From Basidiobolus meristosporus CBS 931.73 (taxonomy: Eukaryota > Fungi > Basidiobolomycota): a DNA stretch of 64,000 bases. This document shows, piece after piece, positions 35,158-48,659 of this stretch. Made by a program: the position numbers and the translations under genes. The stretch is from positions 62,001 to 126,000 of the forward strand of contig MCFE01000043.1 of assembly GCA_002104905.1 (NCBI GenBank), given 5' to 3'. The notes under the pieces were generated by a model, which saw only the letters and a program-made list of their open reading frames with translations, made no database searches and was not told the origin of the DNA. Each line of letters begins with the position of its first letter. Position 1 is the stretch's first letter.

Positions 35158-35639
35158 TAGGTAGCAATCTAGGTGACCAAGCTAGGTAAACATTCAGGAA
35201 AATCACAAATTTTTTACAACAAATATAACAATAGCAGAGAAATAAGGCACTTGGCTAGTATAACATTGACATTGTGGTGGTGTCAAGGCACTCCTGGGGG
35301 AAGCTACACAACTCAAGGTGTGTGAGGTGTCTGATGGGTGCAATCTATAAACTCAATAATCAGACAAAGCATGCTGAGCAATCAGTATTGTCAGTATTTA
35401 ATGCAAAGTGTTTTCTGAAAAGTGGAGTCTACCTAACAGGCTGTGAGAGGTCTGGTAAACCATGATCTCAAAGCTAGCATCCTATGGGCCCGCCAGGTAC
35501 CAGAGGCCATAAAGTGTGCTCTTGACCTATATCATGAGCATAATCCTTAATTCAGATCAGTTATCAGATGCTGGACAGCTTTGGTAAGCTAACAGAATAT
35601 CTTGGATAGTAGCAACTATTAATGGTAGAATCCCATCTA

Positions 35640-36717
35640 CTTACAGCTCCTTTTGCATACTTGATCAGTATTTCTTTAATATTTGATTACACTGCTTAGT
35701 GACTCCAGGCTTCCTATATTTTGCCATAAAGTTAGCTCCTCTATAAGAAAAGGTTTCTATAGGGCATCCAGATTCCCCAGGATCTCAGGATAGATGAAAC
35801 TTGCAACTTATTTATGACTGGCTACTGGCACAGCTCTCACTACTGGTCATCTGATGGCACAATCAATTGCAACAAGATTCCACTATTTGTATTTCTTGGT
35901 AATTGGCAGTCTTGCAATCAACTCAATTCATCTCTCAAATAGTCTTAGAGGCTCTAAGGGAAGGAGTTCAGCAATTTTGAAGTGATTGACCATGATCACA
36001 AGTGAGGCATGATCAGGCCTCAGAGTGCACTTGACTCCTTCAATATAGTATCTCCATGTCTTTGAGCAGAGTGTTATGTGGAGCATTGCTTTCTCATGCA
36101 TTGGATAGTTCTGGTCTGCTGAGTTCACTTACCTTGACTCAAAAGCCACTGTAGTTCCTTTGCCTTATGCTCTTGGGTCAATACTCCACCAATTGCATAA
36201 TATAAAATGTTTGTGCAGAGAGTAAACTCCTTTCTGAGGTCTGGTATTCTTAAGCTTGGTATCTTGGCAAGTCATTCTTGGGCATCTGAAAGGCCATTTT
36301 TAATGGACTCATTTTGTATGGTGCCTTGCTCACTGGGGGGCTATCTCCTGTGTCAGTGCCATGATCTACACTACTTACCAGTGGCAGGCTTACATGTTCT
36401 TCTATAGACATATACAAATATTGCTTCAGAAGATTTGGGACTCTTGGGGGAACTGGAGTAGAGGAATCATCCTGTGATACCACCATGAGAAACATCAAGG
36501 TACCATTTCTTAGTGCTCTACAGAGCTGTGTCTTGCTAAGTGCACTTGTGTCCAATACACTGGAATTGACTAAGTTGAAATCTAGTGTGACAGGTTGAAG
36601 TGTGTAGGACTGATTGCCTTTTTGGAGCCAAGTTGAATGAATCCTCCAATTGATTGATGTACAATGCTTGAATAGCCATGTTTTTCCAAGTGCCAGCTCA
36701 AACTTGCAGTTTCCAAA
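35640..36717 (-). pseudogene. pol: Older, internally deleted Gypsy-B pol fragment (protease end, RT start, RNase H, integrase pieces)
   Basis: [18 protein letters not shown] joined to TAFQ-like text (36250-36555); NSADQNYPMHEKAML (35928-36128). Confidence 0.75.
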
Positions 36718-39700
36718 TGTTACAAGTATTGGTATAAGAGTTATAGAGGAATAGGGAGTTTAGCTAGTATGGTATTCACTAAAGCTTGTACTGGTTTTCA
36801 TTGAGGTTCCAGCAGCTCCTTATGTACATTTTGCAGGATCAATTGCTGACCAATTGTATTTCCTAATGTAGGCTGTGGCTGATGACTCATTTGATTGCAT
36901 TATCATCACCCAATAAGATCCTACTTAATATATCCATTTCTGTATGATAAGGATCTGCTGATCCATTTTGCTGATTAATGCCACTGATTTGATAGATAAT
37001 ACTGATATACTGATAAGCTAAACATGTAACTAACTGATTTGACTAAAAACTGATCAAACTTAAACATTCAAGCGGTAGATCATAACATTCTCCCCTACTA
37101 AAGCTGAGAGGGTTCTCCAGAATCACTTTTCTTGTGATACCAGTATTTTGATGGTTCAAATTATCAGCAAGTCTTACAAGCTTGAGTTAGTCCCTATGCA
37201 CTAAGTCTTCTTGGATATTGCCTTGTTTGTCCACTAGTTGATAAGTTGCAAATGGACATTCTCTGATGATCTTGAATGGTCCTGTCCATTGTGGCTCAGA
37301 CTTCTTCCAAGTGATGTTTCTTAACAATACAAAGTTCCCAACTGTCAATGCTTCTGGTGCTCTAGTCTTATCAAAATCTCTGCTTCATCTTTTCTGCACC
37401 TTGAGATACTTTGGTCTGTACCTCTTGATGTCTCTATTCCAGCTGCTGGTGTCTACTTGGCTGACTGAGTTCATCTTCTAAGGTGTCTGTAAGCTTTGGT
37501 TGTGTGAGATCTCCTAGAGTCCTTGGTTCACACCCATACACTAAGTAAATTGGCAGCTACTGGGTGGTGTTGTGTACTCTGACTCTGCATGCAAAGAGTG
37601 CTTGGTCTATATACTCATCCCATCTACTGACAACTCTATTTGCAAATTTGGTCAGCATTTTTCCAAATAATCCATTAAACTGTTCAGTGACTCCATTAGT
37701 TCTGGGGTGATATGCCAAGGTTTTCAAGTGTCTGATCTGCTGCATTTCCAGGTAAGCTTCCAATGTCTTTGCCGTAAAGTTTGCACCTCTATGGGAAAGA
37801 ATCTCTACAGGGCTTCCAAACTTCATAAGGAACTCATGGTTGAAGAAACTTGCAACTTCTTGTTCACTGGTTATAGGTACAGCTTCAGCAACTAGCCATT
37901 TGGTGGCATGGTCAATTGCTACTAGGAGCCAATGGTTGCATTTCCTCATAGTTGGTAGTCTTCCAATAAGGTCAATTCCCCATCTTTCTAATTGTCTTAC
38001 TGGCTCCAAGGGAAAGAGCTCAGCAATTCTTTGTGGCAGCCTTGATTGATTTGGCAGTTTGGGCAGGTTTTCACTAGCTTCTCAATATCTTGTTTCATTC
38101 TGAGCCACCATGCTCTGGCTTTCACAAGGCTATAGGTTCCTTCAATTCCAAGATGTCCATATCCATTGTGTAGCTTATGTATTAAATCCAGGCAGGCAAC
38201 ATATGGACAATAGGCAATAGGGCTTCCATCAACAATTTGGTAGAGTGTTTCATCCTGTACAACAAATTTGCTGGCTTCTTCCCGGATTATCTTCTTTATC
38301 TCTTCATCCACCTCATTAGGAATGGCTTGGTACTCCAAGTACTTTGGTAATAGGCTAGGCCAATCTGATTCATGCACCAGGTTGAGTTGTGCAACTTGAT
38401 CTAATCTTGATAAGGCATCAGCAACCATGTTGTTTTTTCCAGGGCAGTAGACAATCTCCAGGTCAAGTTGCTCAATGTATTCACTCAATCTTGTCATTCT
38501 TCTAGAGAGTACCTTCTGAGTAAATATATACTTGAGAGAGGCATGATCAGTCTTCACAGTGCATTTGACTCCTTCAATATAGCATCTCCATGTCTTCAAA
38601 CAGTGTATTATAGCAAGCATCTCCTTCTCCTGGACTGGATAGTTTTGTTCTGCTGAGTTCAGTTTCTTGGATTCAAAGGCAACAGGGTAGTCCTTTCCCT
38701 TGTGTTCTTGGCTCAGCACTCCACCTATTGCATAATCTGAAGCATCTGTGCACAGAGTGAACTCTTTTCTCAATTCTGGTATTCTTAAGCTTGGCAGCTT
38801 GGCAAGTTCATTCTTGAGCGTCTGGAAGGCAGTCTCACAAGCTATGTCCCACTTGTAGGCATTGTCTTTCTTGAGGATTTCAGTTAAAGGGCTGCAATAC
38901 TTGCAAAAGACTTGACAAATCTCCGATAATAGGAAAACCATTCCAAGGAAGGACCTGAGTTCTGATATGTTATGGGGCTGCTTCAAATTCTTGATAACTT
39001 CAACCTTGTTAGGGTCTAAGGTCACTCCTGTGCTAGTCACTATGTGTCCCAGGTATTCAGTGTGCTCCTTGAAGAATTCACACTTGGCTAGCTTGCCATA
39101 TAGCTTGTTCTCTCTTAGTTTCTCCAAGACCTTTTCAATGTCCACTACATGATCCTCTTCTGTCTTGCTGTATATCAATATGTCATCCAGGTAGATTATC
39201 ACAAACTTGTCTAAGTACTCCTGAAAGACAGTCTGCATCAGCATCATGAATGTTGCAGGGGCATTAGTGAGGCCAAAACTCATCACTAAGTACTTGTAAT
39301 GTCCATATCTGGTCCTAAATGCTGTCTTACAAATATCTTCTGGTTTCACCCTAATTTGGTTGTATCCTGATATGAGGTCAATCTTGCTGAAAATAGTGGC
39401 TCCATTAAGTTGGTCCAAAAGCTCATCAATCCAAGTTATGGGGTACTTATTCTTGACAGTAACTGAGTTCAGGGCTCTGTAGTCAACACACATCCTAAGT
39501 GTTCCATCCTTCTTTTTCACAAAAAGCACTGGTGCTCCCCAGGGTGACTTGTGGGGCCTGATGTATCCTTGCTCCAATAGCTGATCAATTTGTCTCTTCA
39601 TTTCCTCCAATTCCAATGGACTCATTCTGTAAGGTGTCTTGCTCACTGGAGGGCTATCTCCTGTGTCAATGGCATGATCCACGTCACTGACTGGTGGTAG

Positions 39701-41654
39701 GCTTACAAGCTCATCTCAAAACATGTCTGAATATTTCTTCAAGAGAGTCTGGACCTGCTGGGGTGTTGGGGTAGAGTGATCCTCCTGTAATACCGCCATG
39801 AGGAACATCTTGGTACCTTTTCAAAGTGTTCTACAGAACTGGGTCTTGCTAAGTTCACTTGTCTCACACACACTGGAATTGACCAAGTTGAAATCCAGCC
39901 TGGCAGGTAATAGCTCATAGTTCTTGTTGTCTTTTTGGATCTGAGTAGCATGGGTTCTCCAGTTGATTGATGGATTACAACAAAATAGCCAGGTTTTTCC
40001 AAGTACAAGGTTAAACTTGCAGTTCCCAAATATAGAAGCCTGTAGGTCTTCTTCATAGTCATTGATCTTCATTCTTACTGGCTTGGTAATACAGTTGATT
40101 ATGTGAGAGTTCCCATCAGCTGTGGAGACTGTACTTGATTTGGTAGGTTCCAAGTGTATTCCAGCTTTCAAAGCAAATTGCTCTGACATGTACTTATGCA
40201 ATGCTCCTGAGTAGATCATGATCTTGGCAGGTACTCCATTGATTACTCCATTCAAGTATAATAGCTTTCCTGAGTTTGAGGTTATCTGGGATAGGTATTC
40301 TTCTGTCATGTGGAAGGTGAGTTCTGAGTCTTCTTCAAGCTCATCTTCCGCATTACTGTGCTCATGGGACTCAATATGGTGAAGGTTCTTGTTGGCTGGT
40401 GTCCAATTCTTCTCTGAGGGCAGTACTTTGCTATATGTCCTTGCTGGTGGCAATTGAAGCAAAGTCCTTTCTCTGACATTCTTCTGAGGTAGGACTCTTC
40501 TACATAGCATCTATTTCCATTGGCACTGCTTCTGACTGTCTTTTTTCATAGTAATTGTAGCCTTTCTGATTAGTCACTGTAGGCTTCCCAACTCCAAACA
40601 TAGCTGAGTCATGGTCAATGGCAATCTTGATGGCTTCTTCAATAGTCTGAGGTCTTTGGTAATCCACTTCCTTGCAAGTCCTTTCTTTCAACCCATCAAT
40701 AAAGTATTCAACTTGATCCAAGGGGCCCATTCTTTCAATTTGTTGAAGTAGACATCTGTACTCATAGATGTATTCTTGCACCATTCCTTTCTGTCTGAGT
40801 GTCTTTAGCTTCCTTCTTAGTAGTGTCTGCTGGTGTGGAAATTCAAAAGCATTCTGAATTTCCAACACAAACTCATCCCAGGTAGAGATTGTAGAGCATA
40901 CCATCATAGTGGCTGACCTGATCTTATTGTGGTACCACTGTAAAGCTGCATCTGCCAGGTAAGAAGCTGCATAATGCAACTTGCTTTCTGGAGCAATTCC
41001 TTTAGCTTTAAAAGCTTCTTCAATCCGAAAGAGCCAAGTTCCCAGGTTTTCATTGACTCTGCAATGGTACCGGTTGACCTTCAAACTTAAGTTGCTCTTG
41101 ACAGGGCTTTGCTGGCTCCAAGCCATGGTAGTCATTCCTTGTTGCTGTTGGCTGAGAATATGGAGTAACTGTTGCTCTTGGGCCAGGATTTGCTGCATGG
41201 CATTCTTCCATTGTTGATTGTCCTACATCTTGAGGGTGGTTTCTTCTTTCTTTGGGAGGGTGGTTTCTGGTTATTGCTGCTACAAATGTTACAAGTCTTG
41301 GTATAAGAGTTGTAGAGGAGTAGGGAGTTTAGCTAGTATTGTATTCACTAAAACTTGAACTGATTTTTATTGAGGTTCCAACATCTCCTTATATACATTT
41401 TGCCAGATCAATTGCTGACTAATTGTATTTCCTAATGTAGGTTGTGCCTGATGACTCATTTGATTGCATCATCATTGCCCAATTAGATCTTAATTAATAT
41501 ATCTATTTCTGTCTGATAAGGATCTGTTGATTCATTTGCTGACTAATGCCACTGATTTCATAGATAATACTGATATACCAATAACCTAAACATATACTAA
41601 TTGATTTGACTAAAAACTGATCTAACTTAAACATTCAAGCAGCAGATCATAACA
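36718..41654 (-). mobile_element. Ty3/Gypsy LTR retrotransposon Gypsy-B, full-length but defective
   Basis: LTRs 36718-37087 and 41287-41654 (~38 differences); PPT AGTAGGGGAGAA; decayed PBS TTGTAGCAGC; flanks CCAAA/TTAAA. Confidence 0.92.
37100..41198 (-). pseudogene. gag-pol: Gypsy-B gag-pol with stops and frameshifts, no chromodomain
   Basis: Gag 40500-41198; protease 39821-40510; RT/RNase H 37997-39682 ([23 protein letters not shown]); integrase WGIDLIG, HPRTNG, WTGPF. Confidence 0.9.
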
Positions 41655-44600
41655 TTAAAGCCCACAGAGGGACTCTGTACCACTGAAGCAGGGCCTATGG
41701 CTGCTTATCAAGTTACCAAGGGGGAAACAGGCTGATATATTCAATTACCAACTCTGGATACCATTGAACTGAACTAATTAATGCTTGTGAGAACAACTAA
41801 GGTTGTTTTTCACCAGCCAGGAATCACATTAATTGTGCTAAAAGTGTGCATATAAGACTATAGTGCTACTCTGACAAGGAAGCTCTGAGGAGTACTGTTG
41901 TAGAGTAACTACCTGAATATTGGGCATAATGGCTGCACATACATCACAAATACAACAAGTAGTATAAAGGTTGAGAAGATTAATGAGAACTCAAGATGAA
42001 GAGCTTCTGAGCCAAGGTGGTGAGGTAGTACTGGAATTAATATGCCTGAGAAGAAATAGCAATACTAACTGATCATCTGTTTATTATTATATTGAGTGTA
42101 TATTTGTATCAATATTAAGGTAATAAATCCGTAACACTTTGCTAGCAGTGCTTTGTAATAACTAAGAGTGCATTTCAACAAGTCCATTGGTGGCTCCTAT
42201 TTAGTTTAATAATCTGCTGTTGGTCTGGAATGGGAGGCATTATATGTATGCACACATAAAACAAGTAGCAAAGATATTGCTGCTAATGAGTGCTGCACTT
42301 ACTGAAATTTGTGTTGAACTGCTTAGCAAGCTTTGATCAATAAAATGGTGCCAAAGAGTTCAGTTTTCAAAATAGACAGGTTCACATGTCTCCACTTACC
42401 AAGTAGAAAGTGTTTGCAAATGGTTATGCTAAGCTACAATTCCTGCTTATAGCTTGCAATATATCCATTCAGTTGCATCACATGTTGGCTTCATAAAAGC
42501 TCTAGAGTCATCACTCCAACAAAAGAGAACTGCAGTTGTAATAATACCCAAACAACTTTGATGGAAAACCTTTAAAGCATCAATTTATTTTGGGCGTAGT
42601 TTGTAAAGTGGGACCCTTGTAATAACTATGCATACATGTGCTTCAACAATTATGTTTGTATTGCTACTTGAAAATATTAGACTGTTTGGTATGATTTGGC
42701 CACAGAATATTTACTTGATGAATGCAAAGTAGTAGTGTTCACTGCAGTCCTTGTTTACAGCTCTGATGTTGCCTCTATTTTCAGATCTATGATCCTTTGA
42801 TGGTAAAGTAGAAATATTGGACTATTAGGTGTCATTCTACAGCTAAAAATTAACTTAACAATTGTGAACTAGTCTTGGTCACTGTGGGACTAACTTACAG
42901 CTCCAACTTTGCCACTTTCTTCAGATCTATGATATTATGATTATTCCCTTATAGTCAGGATCAAATTAGCACCATTAATAAACATTTTGTACTATCCCTG
43001 AAACTGTTTCATAATGCTCCTGAATATTGAGAAGCCCTCCTTACTTAGTGTTACAGCTGTATCACTTCTGCAAAGGTATAAATACTGAGCTTTTTATTAG
43101 TATACAACAGTTCAGTTATTATCACTATTTCTCAATATGTTCCTTATATCCAAGTCACTTCTTAAATTGCAACAGGTTATGAGCCATAATTGCATTAATC
43201 TATGCTAAAGATGACTACTACCAGCAAACAGAACAACACAAACATCTTCCCTGTAAAGGAGAGGTTTGATGGGAAGAACTACAAACTTTGGAGAATTGAG
43301 ATGCATATCCACCTTGAGGAAAGGAAGCTTTGGAATGTAGTAACAGGAAAAGAAGTTGAGCCCAAAGGAACAGCAGAAGAAGTGGGGAAGTTTCAAGACA
43401 TGGAGAGAAAGGCCTTTAATGCCATATGCATCAATGTGCAAGATTCCTTCATTGGACAAATGCATGCCTCAAATACTGCTAAAGCAGCATGGAAATATTT
43501 AGAGAAAATCTTTAGAACAAAATCAGTATCAAGTAAGCTGTATTTGAAACAAAAGTTCTTCAACATGAGGAAGAAGCCAGATGATGACATGCTAAAACTC
43601 ACTACTAGAATGGAGACACTTGCAGAAGAACTTTACAGTATAAATGCTGGTGTAGATGGTGATGGAAAGATACTCTATTTGCTTTGCATCCTACCAGACA
43701 CGTATGAGCCACTCATACTTTCTTTTGAGAGCAGAGAAGACAATTTGACTCTTGACTATGTCAAAGGAAGACTTCTCCATGAAGAACTCAGAGGTTATGA
43801 TCAAGCAGAGAAAATCAAAGATAATGTTTTATTCAGTTCAGAAAGGCACTCAGAAAAGAATGGAAAGCAACAGGACCAAAGAAAACCTGGTTGCTTAACT
43901 ACTGTAAAAAGCTAGGACACTGGGAAAGAGAATGTTGCAATTTAAGAAGTGATTAGGATATAAGGAACCTATCAAGAAACAGTGATAATTGTTCAACTGT
44001 TGTTTATTAATAATGAAGCTCAGTATTTATACTGTTGTAGAAGTAATGCAGCTGTCACACTAAGTCAGGAGGGTTTCTCAATATTCAGGAGCATTCCGTA
44101 ACAGTTTCAAGGTTAGTACATAATAGTTAGTATTAGTGCTAATTTGATCATAATTATAGGGATATAATAATAAGATCATAGATCTGAAGAAAGTGGCAAA
44201 GTTAGAGCTGTAAATCAGTCTCACAGTGAATAAGACTAGTCCAGAATTGTTAGGTAAATTTTTAGCTGCGGAATGATAAAAAATAGCTTAATATTTTGAC
44301 ACTCCCCCTCAACTAAATAATTTCTTAATCCTTATTCTGTTGAAATATTGGACTATTTGGTATCATTCAGCAGCTAAAAATTTACTTAACAATTCTAGGC
44401 TAGTCTTAGTCACTGTAGGACTCATTTACTGCCTTAACTTTGCCACTTTCTCCAGATATATGATCTTATGATTATTCCCCTATAGTCAGGATCAAATTAG
44501 CACTATTACCAAACATTATGTACTAACCCTGAAACTGTTACAGAATGCTCCTGAATATTGAGAAACCCTCCCTACTTAGTGTTGCAGCTGTATTACTTCT

Positions 44601-44706
44601 ACAAAGGTATAAATACTGAGCTTCTTTGTGAATAAACAACAGTTCAACTATTATCACTATTTCTTGATAAGTTCCTTATATCCAAATCACTTCTTAAATT
44701 GCAACA

Positions 44707-44718
44707 GGTTATGAGCCC
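44707..44718 (+). promoter_or_regulatory. Half-tRNAi-Met primer-binding site (copia/Ty5 Hemivirus type)
   Basis: GGTTATGAGCCC immediately after the 5' LTR, as in Ty5. Confidence 0.85.
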
Positions 44719-44742
44719 CGATTGCCTTAATCTATTCTAAAG

Positions 44743-45501
44743 ATGACTTCTACCAGCAAACAAAGCAATACCAACATCTTCCCTGTAAAGGAGAGGTTTG
44801 ATGGGAAGAACTACAGACTTTGGAGAATCAAGATGCAGATCCACCTTGAGGAAAGAAAGCTTTGGAACATAGTAACAGGAAAGGAAGTTGAGCCCAAAGG
44901 AACAGCAGAAGATTTGGAGAAGTTTCAAGAGAAGGAGAGAAAGGCCTTCAATGCAATATGCATCAATGTGCAAGACTCCTTCATTGGACAAATCCATGCC
45001 TCAAATACTGCCAAAGCAGCATGGGAATCCTTGGAGAAGATCTTTAGAGCAAAGTCAGTATCAAGCAAGCTTTATTTGAAACAAAAGTTCTTCAACATGA
45101 GAAAAAAGCCAGATGATGACATGCTACAACTCATTACCAGAATGGAGACACTTGCAGAAGAACTTTACAGTATTAATGCTGGTGTAGATGATGAAGAAAA
45201 GATACTCTGTCTGCTTTGCAGCCTACCAGACGAGTATGAGCCACTCATACTTTCTTTTGAAAGCAGAGAAGACAACTTGACTTTAGACTATGTCAAAGGA
45301 AGACTTCTCCATGAAGAACTCAGACGTAATGACCAAGCAGAGAAAATTGAAGATAATGCTTTATTCAGTTCAGAAAGGCATACAGAAATGAAGGGAAAGC
45401 AACAAAACCGAAGAAAACCTGGCTGCTGTAACTACTGTAAGAAGCCAGGACACTGGGCAAGAGAATGCAAGAAGAAACAAGCAGACAAAAACAGAAACTA
45501 G
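44743..45501 (+). CDS. gag: Copia-B gag (252 aa, CCHC knuckle CNYCKKPGHWAREC), ended by a -1 indel
   Basis: FDGKNYRLWRIKMQIHLEERKLW and KLYLKQKFFNM motifs. Confidence 0.85.
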   Translation: MTSTSKQSNTNIFPVKERFDGKNYRLWRIKMQIHLEERKLWNIVTGKEVEPKGTAEDLEKFQEKERKAFNAICINVQDSFIGQIHASNTAKAAWESLEKIFRAKSVSSKLYLKQKFFNMRKKPDDDMLQLITRMETLAEELYSINAGVDDEEKILCLLCSLPDEYEPLILSFESREDNLTLDYVKGRLLHEELRRNDQAEKIEDNALFSSERHTEMKGKQQNRRKPGCCNYCKKPGHWARECKKKQADKNRN

Positions 45502-48500
45502 AGCAGGCAAACCATATAACTACTGATGAACAGCTATTTGTCACTGTACAAGAGAGTGCAAGTAACCAAAGTAATGAATGGTATATTGACTCTGGAGCAT
45601 CACAGCATATTTGTGGTATAAAGGATTGGTTCAGCAACTTAAAGACTATTCCCGTAAGAAAGGTTTATCTGGGAGATAACTCTGCATTGGAAGCTACCGC
45701 CAGTGGGTCTATACAACTAAATATGAGTGATAATTCAGGGGCAACAACAGCAAAACTGACTGACGTACTCTATGTACCTGGAATAGCTAAGAACCTACTC
45801 TCAGTCAGTAAAGCAACTACTCAGGGACTGAAATTTGTTTTTACTAAGCTGAGCTGCTCAATATTGAGTGAAAATGGACAAAAATTAGCTTTGGGAATCA
45901 GAGATCACAATATATACAAGTTACAATGCAAGATCATTGTACCTGAGTATGTCAACATTGCTGAAACTGATGAAACCAACTGGGAGACGTGGCATAGGAG
46001 GCTAGGACACATAGGGGAACAGAAAATGAGCCAATTGGTGAAAAATCAGCTTGTTTTGGGCCTAAAATACTCAATTCCGATCAAATTGAATGTTTGTAAG
46101 GGATGTTCATATGGCAAACAAGCTAGGCAACGTTTCAAGAGCTCAGAAGGCATCAATACCACCGAAATATTGGCTATTGTACACTCAGACATATGTGGCC
46201 CCATGAGAACACTGTCCTTTGGAGCCAAGAGATACTTTATGACGTTTATTGATGACAAGACAAGATATACATGGGTGTACTTCCTCAAAACAAAGGATGA
46301 AGCTTTAGAGACGTTTAAGCACTTCAAGAACATGGCAGAAACACAAACTGGGTGTAAATGAAGGTACTACGAAAGTGACAATGGAGGAGAATACTGCTCA
46401 AAGGAGTTTGCAAAATACTGCTTGTCTACTGGTATACTTCAACAGACCACAGTTCCTCATACTCCACAGCAAAATGGAGTAGCAGAACATGCAAATAGAA
46501 CAATAGTAGAGATGGGAAGATCTATGCTACATGATAAGGAAATGGACTACAAGTTTTGGGCTGAATCTGTTGCTACCGCTGTATACATCAAGAACAGATG
46601 CCCAACAACAGCACTACGTGATTCTACACCCTTTGAAGCATATACAGGCAAAAAACCAGATCTCCAGCACCTCAGGATCTTTGGCAGTGATGTTTTTTAT
46701 CACATCCCTGACAAAACACGCTCAAAGTTGGAACCAAAGAGTAGAAAAGGGATCTTTCTTGGGTATTGTGAAGGTACTAAAGGGTATAGAGTGTATGATG
46801 GCAAAATTCAGAAGCTGATCAAGAGCAGGGACGTTGTATTTGAGGAGAATTCAGATCAGAAAGCCACAGAAATCATTGGCCAGCTGCCTGATGATGCAAT
46901 CAACACAAATGAAGAAGATACGTACCAAATCCAGCCAGAGATGGAAGATACTTCTACCAGTTCCAGATCAGAACAGATTATCCCAGTTAGGAGATCTACC
47001 AGAATAAGAAATGCCCCTGGATCCTGGTGGCAGACATCCAATGATCATGAAGAAGCTTATCTTGCCTTATGTGCCAAACCTCAGAATCTGGAACAGGCAA
47101 TGCAAGGTCCAGATGCTACTAAGTGGCAACAAGCCATGCAGGAGGAGTACCAATCACTGATCAAGGCAAAAACGTGGGAACTGGTAGATTTACTAAATGG
47201 GAGAAAGCCAATAGGATGTAGATGGGTCTACAAGATCAAGATAACCTCAAATGGTGCCGTTGATAAGTACAAGGCTAGATTGGTAGCTAAAGGCTATTCC
47301 CAGATCCAGGGACTAGACTTTAAGGAAACATTTGCTCCGGTTGCCAAGTTTAACTCTATTAGGACAGTTCTAGCCCTGGCAGCTGTACACAGCCTAGATC
47401 TACACCAAATGGACGTCAAAACAGCCTTTCTAAATGGGGATTTGCAAGAAACTATATATATGGAGCAACCAGAAGGTTTTACCGATCCAAAAAGCCCCCA
47501 TAAGGTGTGCAAACTTAGAAAATTGTTGTATGGGCTTAAGCAGGCACCCAGAGCATGGTATAACAAGATTGACACATATCTAGAGGAAATTGGGTTCTCT
47601 CGTAGCACTGCAGATCACAGTATATATGTGAAACAGCTCAAAAAGGGTGTGATCATCCTAGTTCTTTATGTGGACAACCTAATTATGGCTACAAGTGATC
47701 AAGAGGCACTTAAACAGACGAAATCAGATCTCTTCAGCAAGTTTGAGATGAAAGATCTTGGAAAATTGAGCTATTTTCTTGGAATTGAGGTCAAATTTGC
47801 CATACCTACGCAGAAAATTGTGCTGAATCAGTCTAAGTACATCAGGGACATTCTTAGACGCTTCAAAATGGAAAATTGCAAACCTGCAGCAACCCCTATG
47901 GACAATAACCTGAAATTAAGCAAATCTCAGCCAGTTATAGATGAAAACGGCTCAAATATGGACCAAAACTTTCCCTATCAATCAATGGTCGGTAGCCTAA
48001 TGTACTTGATGGTGTCTACACGTCCAGATATTGCAGTAGCAGTTGGAATAGTCAGTCAATTCATGCAGAATTATGCATCAGATCAAATTGCAGCAGTTAA
48101 GCGGATTTTCAGATATCTACAAGGTACCATAAATATGGTACTGGAATACTCTGGAGCAGCTAATAGGCAAAAATTTGATGGTTATAGTGATTCAGATTGG
48201 GGTAGAGATTTGATTGACAGATGCTCTACCACAGGCTATGTATTTCTTTATGCTGGTGCAGCTATTACTTGGAATTGCAAGAAACAACCAACTGTGGCAC
48301 TATCTACAACTGAAGCCAAATATATGGCTGCATGTCAAGCAACTAAGGAGGCTATATGGCTACAAAAATTATTCAAAGACTTAGGTTTTAATTCAGGTGA
48401 ACCAACATGTATTTACAAGGATAATCAAAGTTGTATTTCATTAGCTAGAAATCCTACTAATCATGCCAGAACTAAGCACATTGATATACAGCATCACTTT

Positions 48501-48659
48501 GTGAGGGAAGCTGTAGAAAATAACTTAGTAGAGCTGGTTTACTGCCCAACTGACAAAATGGTGGCAGACATATTGACAAAACCACTAGCTAGGCCACAGT
48601 TTGAGATCCTTAGAGAGAAATTGGGATTAAGAAATTATTTAGTTGAGGGGGAGTGTTGA
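45465..48659 (+). CDS. pol: Copia-B pol (protease, integrase, RT, RNase H); one in-frame TGA at 46359-46361 from a local compensating indel pair
   Basis: ORFs 45465-46361 and 46422-48659 share a frame; WYIDSGAS, HSDICGP, PQQNGVAE, KARLVAKG, YVDNL, YSDSDW. Confidence 0.88.

Larger units (their letters stand above)
33480..35222 (-). mobile_element. Old Copia-A remnant: LTR start (35160-35222), RNase H and PPT, shared LTR (33863-34210), PBS and gag N-terminus
   Basis: PPT at 34211-34222; PBS GGTTATGAACCCC at 33850-33862; gag ...DGFSYRVWKVMMKMLLNKRGLW (33582-33788). Confidence 0.75.

Noticed and set aside
37090-37560. Chromodomain after the Gypsy-B (or Gypsy-A) integrase
   Set aside because: The frames end shortly after the GPF/GPY motif with no chromodomain-like aromatic cage residues.
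36718-41654. Gypsy-B copy as a chimera (own LTRs ~90% identical, but its 5' LTR ~95% identical to the LTR at 61007)
   Set aside because: An element whose LTRs each drifted ~5% from a master, compared with a young copy, gives the same numbers; only the mismatched right flank remains unexplained.
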